DNA of 64,000 nucleotides from Pseudovirgaria hyperparasitica (Eukaryota): NCBI GenBank assembly GCA_010093815.1, contig ML996567.1; one strand, 5' to 3'. Shown piece by piece: positions 59,901 to 64,000 of this stretch (position 1 is its first letter; each line of letters starts with the position of its first letter). The notes under the pieces were generated by a model. It saw only the letters and a program-made list of their open reading frames with translations, ran no database searches and was not told where the DNA came from. The position numbers and the translations under genes were made by a program.

Positions 59901-62900
59901 TAAGTAGTCGGAGTATTTCGGCTATCGCATTTGCAGACGACTTGAGATGGGTTTCGTCTAGACATTCGAAGGGATCGAAGTTGCCCTTATTGATGAGTGT
60001 CATGATTTTGAAGAGAATCTCATCAAGAATCCGAATCCCGCTGAGCAGCATAAACTGACGCTGATCTTCTTGAGACTCTGTATAGATGACAGATTTGAAG
60101 TTGTTGGAGATCAGCTCAATGCTTCGCAGATAGCATGACATGACCTTCGGATAATACTCGATTGATTGATAGGCCTCGCGGAGGCGTTGCCAAAGCGAGA
60201 GTCGTAGTGATAAACTTGCGTTCTCGAGAAACTTTCGCATCTCGGTATATGGAGTCAGTGATACGTTCCTACCCGGGTTTATTCCTTTGGTTGAGATATC
60301 GGGCACGTCACCCTCGACTTTGTCTGGCTCCTCCATAGTAACATCGCCGTCATATTCGTTCTGCGTATTCGGCCCTACAGTACGTTTGACATCTATCAAT
60401 TCAGAAGGCTCGACAATAGGCTCCAGGCTCTCAATGACCGCCACAGGGTCCTTCTCGTCGTGGTCAAAAACTTTTAAGAAAAAGTCTTTCATGTTGATCT
60501 TAGCAAGCTCTCTATCTGCAGCACTTAGTGAGAGCTCTGGCATGATGGCGTTGTTGGTCACTATAATGACATGATCGTTCAAAGCAGCCAGGGTGTCTTT
60601 CACATCCTCTATACAACGAACAACGTGTTGTTGCAACACGCCGTCACATACGCTGATGTGAAAAGCGGACGCCCAAATATGCCGAAGAGAGAGGTCGTCC
60701 ATATTTGTAGTAGGCACGCCATCTCGGCGAAGACTTAGCGCATCTCTCGCTAAAAGGGCCCATTTCTCAAGGCGATCGTGTTGTAGCACCTGCGTTGTGG
60801 TATCTACGGTACTGTTTTTGATGAGCGAGTACACATCTAGGTGTAGCTCAAAGAGCGTTTCGATATATTCTACTAGTGCAGCATCAAACTCGGAGAACTC
60901 GTACTTGTTCATGGACTCATCACTGCCCAGTAGCGAAGCATTCAGGGTACTCAAGAGGTCGAGAGCATCTTCATAGATGCATTCGTCCAGATGGACCAGG
61001 ACTTGAACAATCGTGCGCTTGACGTCTTCAGGCCATTTATGGGACATGTAGCTTGATTGGAAAATGTGGCTAGAGGTCGTTGATGGAAACGATTGGGGCA
61101 TGAGGAAGCATTTAAGCCAACGAAGGGCAACCTGTTTGATAGATAGCCAGCTTGTATTGATCTCGTCCATCCATGAACAGAGACCCTCGGTGCGATCTAG
61201 CATGGGTTTCGAATTTTTGGGAGAGACGGTGCTTCGAGCGTTACCCAGAAATGCGTTCAATCCAGCTTCGCGAGACATGCCACTGAGAGTGTCTACCGAC
61301 TCACCGTGTCGAAAGAGCCTAGTCGTCTTTGGTGTACATGCTTGGAGCACAGTATGAAGATCCTGCATGGCATAAGAAAGACGCTCACCGTCCGAAGATA
61401 GTGTGGTGGGAAGTTCATTTTTAAGAACATCTCGGAGAGAAGCAGAAGTGCCAAAAGCATCAACATCGATATGTCGGAATAGGTCCCCAGCGATAGTGAA
61501 AAGGTAGTGATCTGCTTGCTCGTAATTCCATAGCTGATTTGTAATTTGTTTGGCGATTTCCGTACTGGCTTGGTCTGGCACCTGTTGACTCTCAGTCACA
61601 GTTTCACGAGCTCGCAAACGTTTGCTTCGGCCGCGTCCGCCTTCGGCAGTCTCTGGCAAGCCGGCAGACTCAGTCGACCGTTTCCTAGATGGGAGTGTGC
61701 TTATCTCTCCTGTACCAGCATCTATAGTAGATGGGGGCTCCGCACTTTCTTGAGGCGGTTCTTCCATCGCATTATCGTTCGCATCTTGAGTCCTTCCGAG
61801 GTCCTCGTCTGATGGTGACTTTCGTGCCACGGGTGTTGGAGAGGGCTCAGAATGTATAAGTTCGTTCTCCTTCGCCTCGTGTTGCGGAAGGAACTTGACG
61901 TCCGTTTCCTTTACAGCTAGCCTGATCGCTGCACCATGAGAACTTTTAGTAACCCCATTCTGCTCTGATACATATGTCTGGAGAATGGATTCACCAACTG
62001 CACCCCAGTCTTCTTTTGCCGGTGAAAGAGTCTGATCTTGAGGACTTGATCCAGTTACCATCTCCAGGCTCTTCAATTTCGAAGCAGAAGACGCTATCGT
62101 CGATAACTGGGGATACGTATGGGTAACAAGTCGCTGTTTCAAGGCACTTGAGAGACTCTTACGCTGCCACGAAGACAAAGGAGGCTGAAGTACGGAAAGA
62201 TCATCTTCGACAACTTCTGCCAGCTATGGCACAGTTAGAACTTGTTTCCTATGAACGTGGGGGACATACTTCTTTCAACTGCTGCATTGCACGAGTCTCC
62301 TGTAGACCAGGAAGCCTCAAAATACCTTCCAATCCCTCGTCGTCTCCATCCAGTACAGCTTCTATACAGAACCTTGCCAAACGTTTGCTACCAATAACTT
62401 CAGCGACTGAGGCTGTGCGCGACCACAGTCCAATATCAGCATCATCTTTGTCCAAAGCATTTGCAAAGTAGTCGAGCGCGATTACAGCTGCATTGATGAG
62501 GTTCAGGGCAAGATCTTCAACCTTGAATTGGTCTTGTTCCTCTCTAGGGCGTGCTGTCCATTCCCTATGCCGTTGCACTAAGATGTCCATGAGCAGTTGA
62601 CCATGGTTCTTATTTGACAGGTGAAGTATTTGAGGAAGAGTATTAGGCGCGCTGTCAGAGGGCGCAGGTAGTGCTACAGGTCCAGCCTCCACATCATCGG
62701 GCAAAGCATATTCAAAATCAAACTGATCCCCCAGTAACTCCGATCTGCGATACTCGGATAAGGACTCGGGGTACTTGAAAACTTCGGAATTGAATAGGGA
62801 GGCATAGGCTTCTTTTGCTTTATCGTATGACTGTGGTCCCTCGGAGTGGTACTTCAGTGCGTTTTGATACAGTTTCAATGCTTCCTCTATCTGAATCTCC

Positions 62901-63022
62901 TTCGTGTTGTCGACTTCATCGTCGGATTCGCTGTCGGATTCGAGGTTGAGGGCTTTGAAGGTCGCCTAAAATCTGATCAGAACAGATCAATAGTCGATCA
63001 GGTTACTGAAATGACTCACCAT
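56923..63022 (-). CDS. HIR3: Histone transcription regulator 3 (HIR complex subunit, Cabin1 homolog)
   Basis: ATG-only exon 63022-63020; exon 2 ATFKALNLESD..DNTKEIQIEEALKLYQNALK; EPHYKLVS, DKSGWHHRM, VWKPENERPGRHF; second intron near 62269-62224. Confidence 0.93.
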
Positions 63023-63491
63023 GATCGTATCAAAGTACGAGTATCAACAGTGACGCTGAATCCAATCAACTCTGTAATCTCGGGAATGTGTTGCCGTGGC
63101 CAGTCGCTCAAATACATACGCGACATGCGCATTTATTTAGTTCTTTGGTAGAGGCACATAGCTGAGAAGCCATCCAGAGAGATCGCAAGCTGTCAAGCAT
63201 AAGCCTTTGTGCTCGCCGCAGAGACGCGCAACTTCACGTGTGAGCTGTGACCTGGCGCGTCGTAACAGCCGGAGATACTCCGTTAATGGGTTCATGAACA
63301 TATTAGTGGGACCAGGTTGTAGACAACATACGTCTCATAGCTAATAGTCCATAAAGTTGCTCGCTACAATACACTCCGACGTCATGATGAGACCGTAAGA
63401 TCAAATTGTCTTCTCCACGAAGGTCCATACACGGAGGTTCATACAACTATTACACCCTTATACCCTGCCAATTCTACATCGCGACCTCGCA

Positions 63492-64000
63492 ATGGTTACA
63501 GCGCCGTCCGTGCCGGAGTAGGTCTCAGCTTTATGATCTCCTTGCAGTTCCCGGCACCCTCGTAGCCTAATTGGCTTCAACTCATGTAGCTCTTCAAAGT
63601 TCATTTAGTTTACTAAAGCCACTGGATATACCTCCACGGCTATGCTATCGACACGAAAGATCAATACTGATATGTCGTGGCGTATAGGATATTCGAAGAT
63701 GACAGCCAATCAGTCATAGAAGCACGCACTGAATCACTCTCTGCCTTGCGCGAACTAGGACCTCCCGACTTGGTTCATCTTGTCAAACAGCCGGTCAAAT
63801 CGACCACGAAACAGGTACATGCGCTTACCGGACATCACGAAAAGCACAGCTAATCAAGACGATAAAGATTGGTGTATACCATCATGTCACTGGTGTAGAC
63901 GCCTCCTCTTCCGCCAGTCTTGCCGCCTATATCAACACCCTCACCTATAATCCACTTGATAAAACCAACAAGGTCACGCAGGGGCTCTATTGTTGCTACA
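63492..64000 (+). CDS. BUD7: ChAPs-family exomer cargo adaptor (Bud7/Bch1-like), 3'-partial
   Basis: Spliced MVTAPSVPE/IFE..EARTESL..LRELGPPDLVHLVK/IGVYHHVTGVDASSSASLAAYINTL; absent from the ORF track. Confidence 0.85.

Noticed and set aside
1..64000. CRISPR arrays, rRNA and tRNA genes
   Set aside because: No repeat-spacer array or recognisable structural RNA seen; a covariance-model scan was not run.

Overview
Eukaryotic DNA from a filamentous ascomycete (Pezizomycotina): short GT-AG introns with CTRAC branch points, Zn2Cys6 factors, HET domains and RIP-like damage. Both ends carry conserved genes (DHR2-like DEAH helicase; Rab GTPase, EMC10-like, HIR3, ChAPs/exomer subunit). From about 11 to 36 kb lies an accessory, partly decaying block. 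It holds two secreted proteins the ORF track misses or splits, a kinase-HET fusion head-to-head with a related dead kinase with a RIP-damaged MITE between them, a GMC oxidoreductase, a decaying aldolase/hydantoinase/transcription-factor trio, an intact HET-6-like gene, an APH-family kinase and a class II peroxidase. The best candidate for an undescribed system is the divergent kinase / kinase-HET pair, where the kinase half of the fusion is intact and the HET cell-death half carries many lesions. Gene models and family calls come from manual splicing and motif recognition; no database searches were run.
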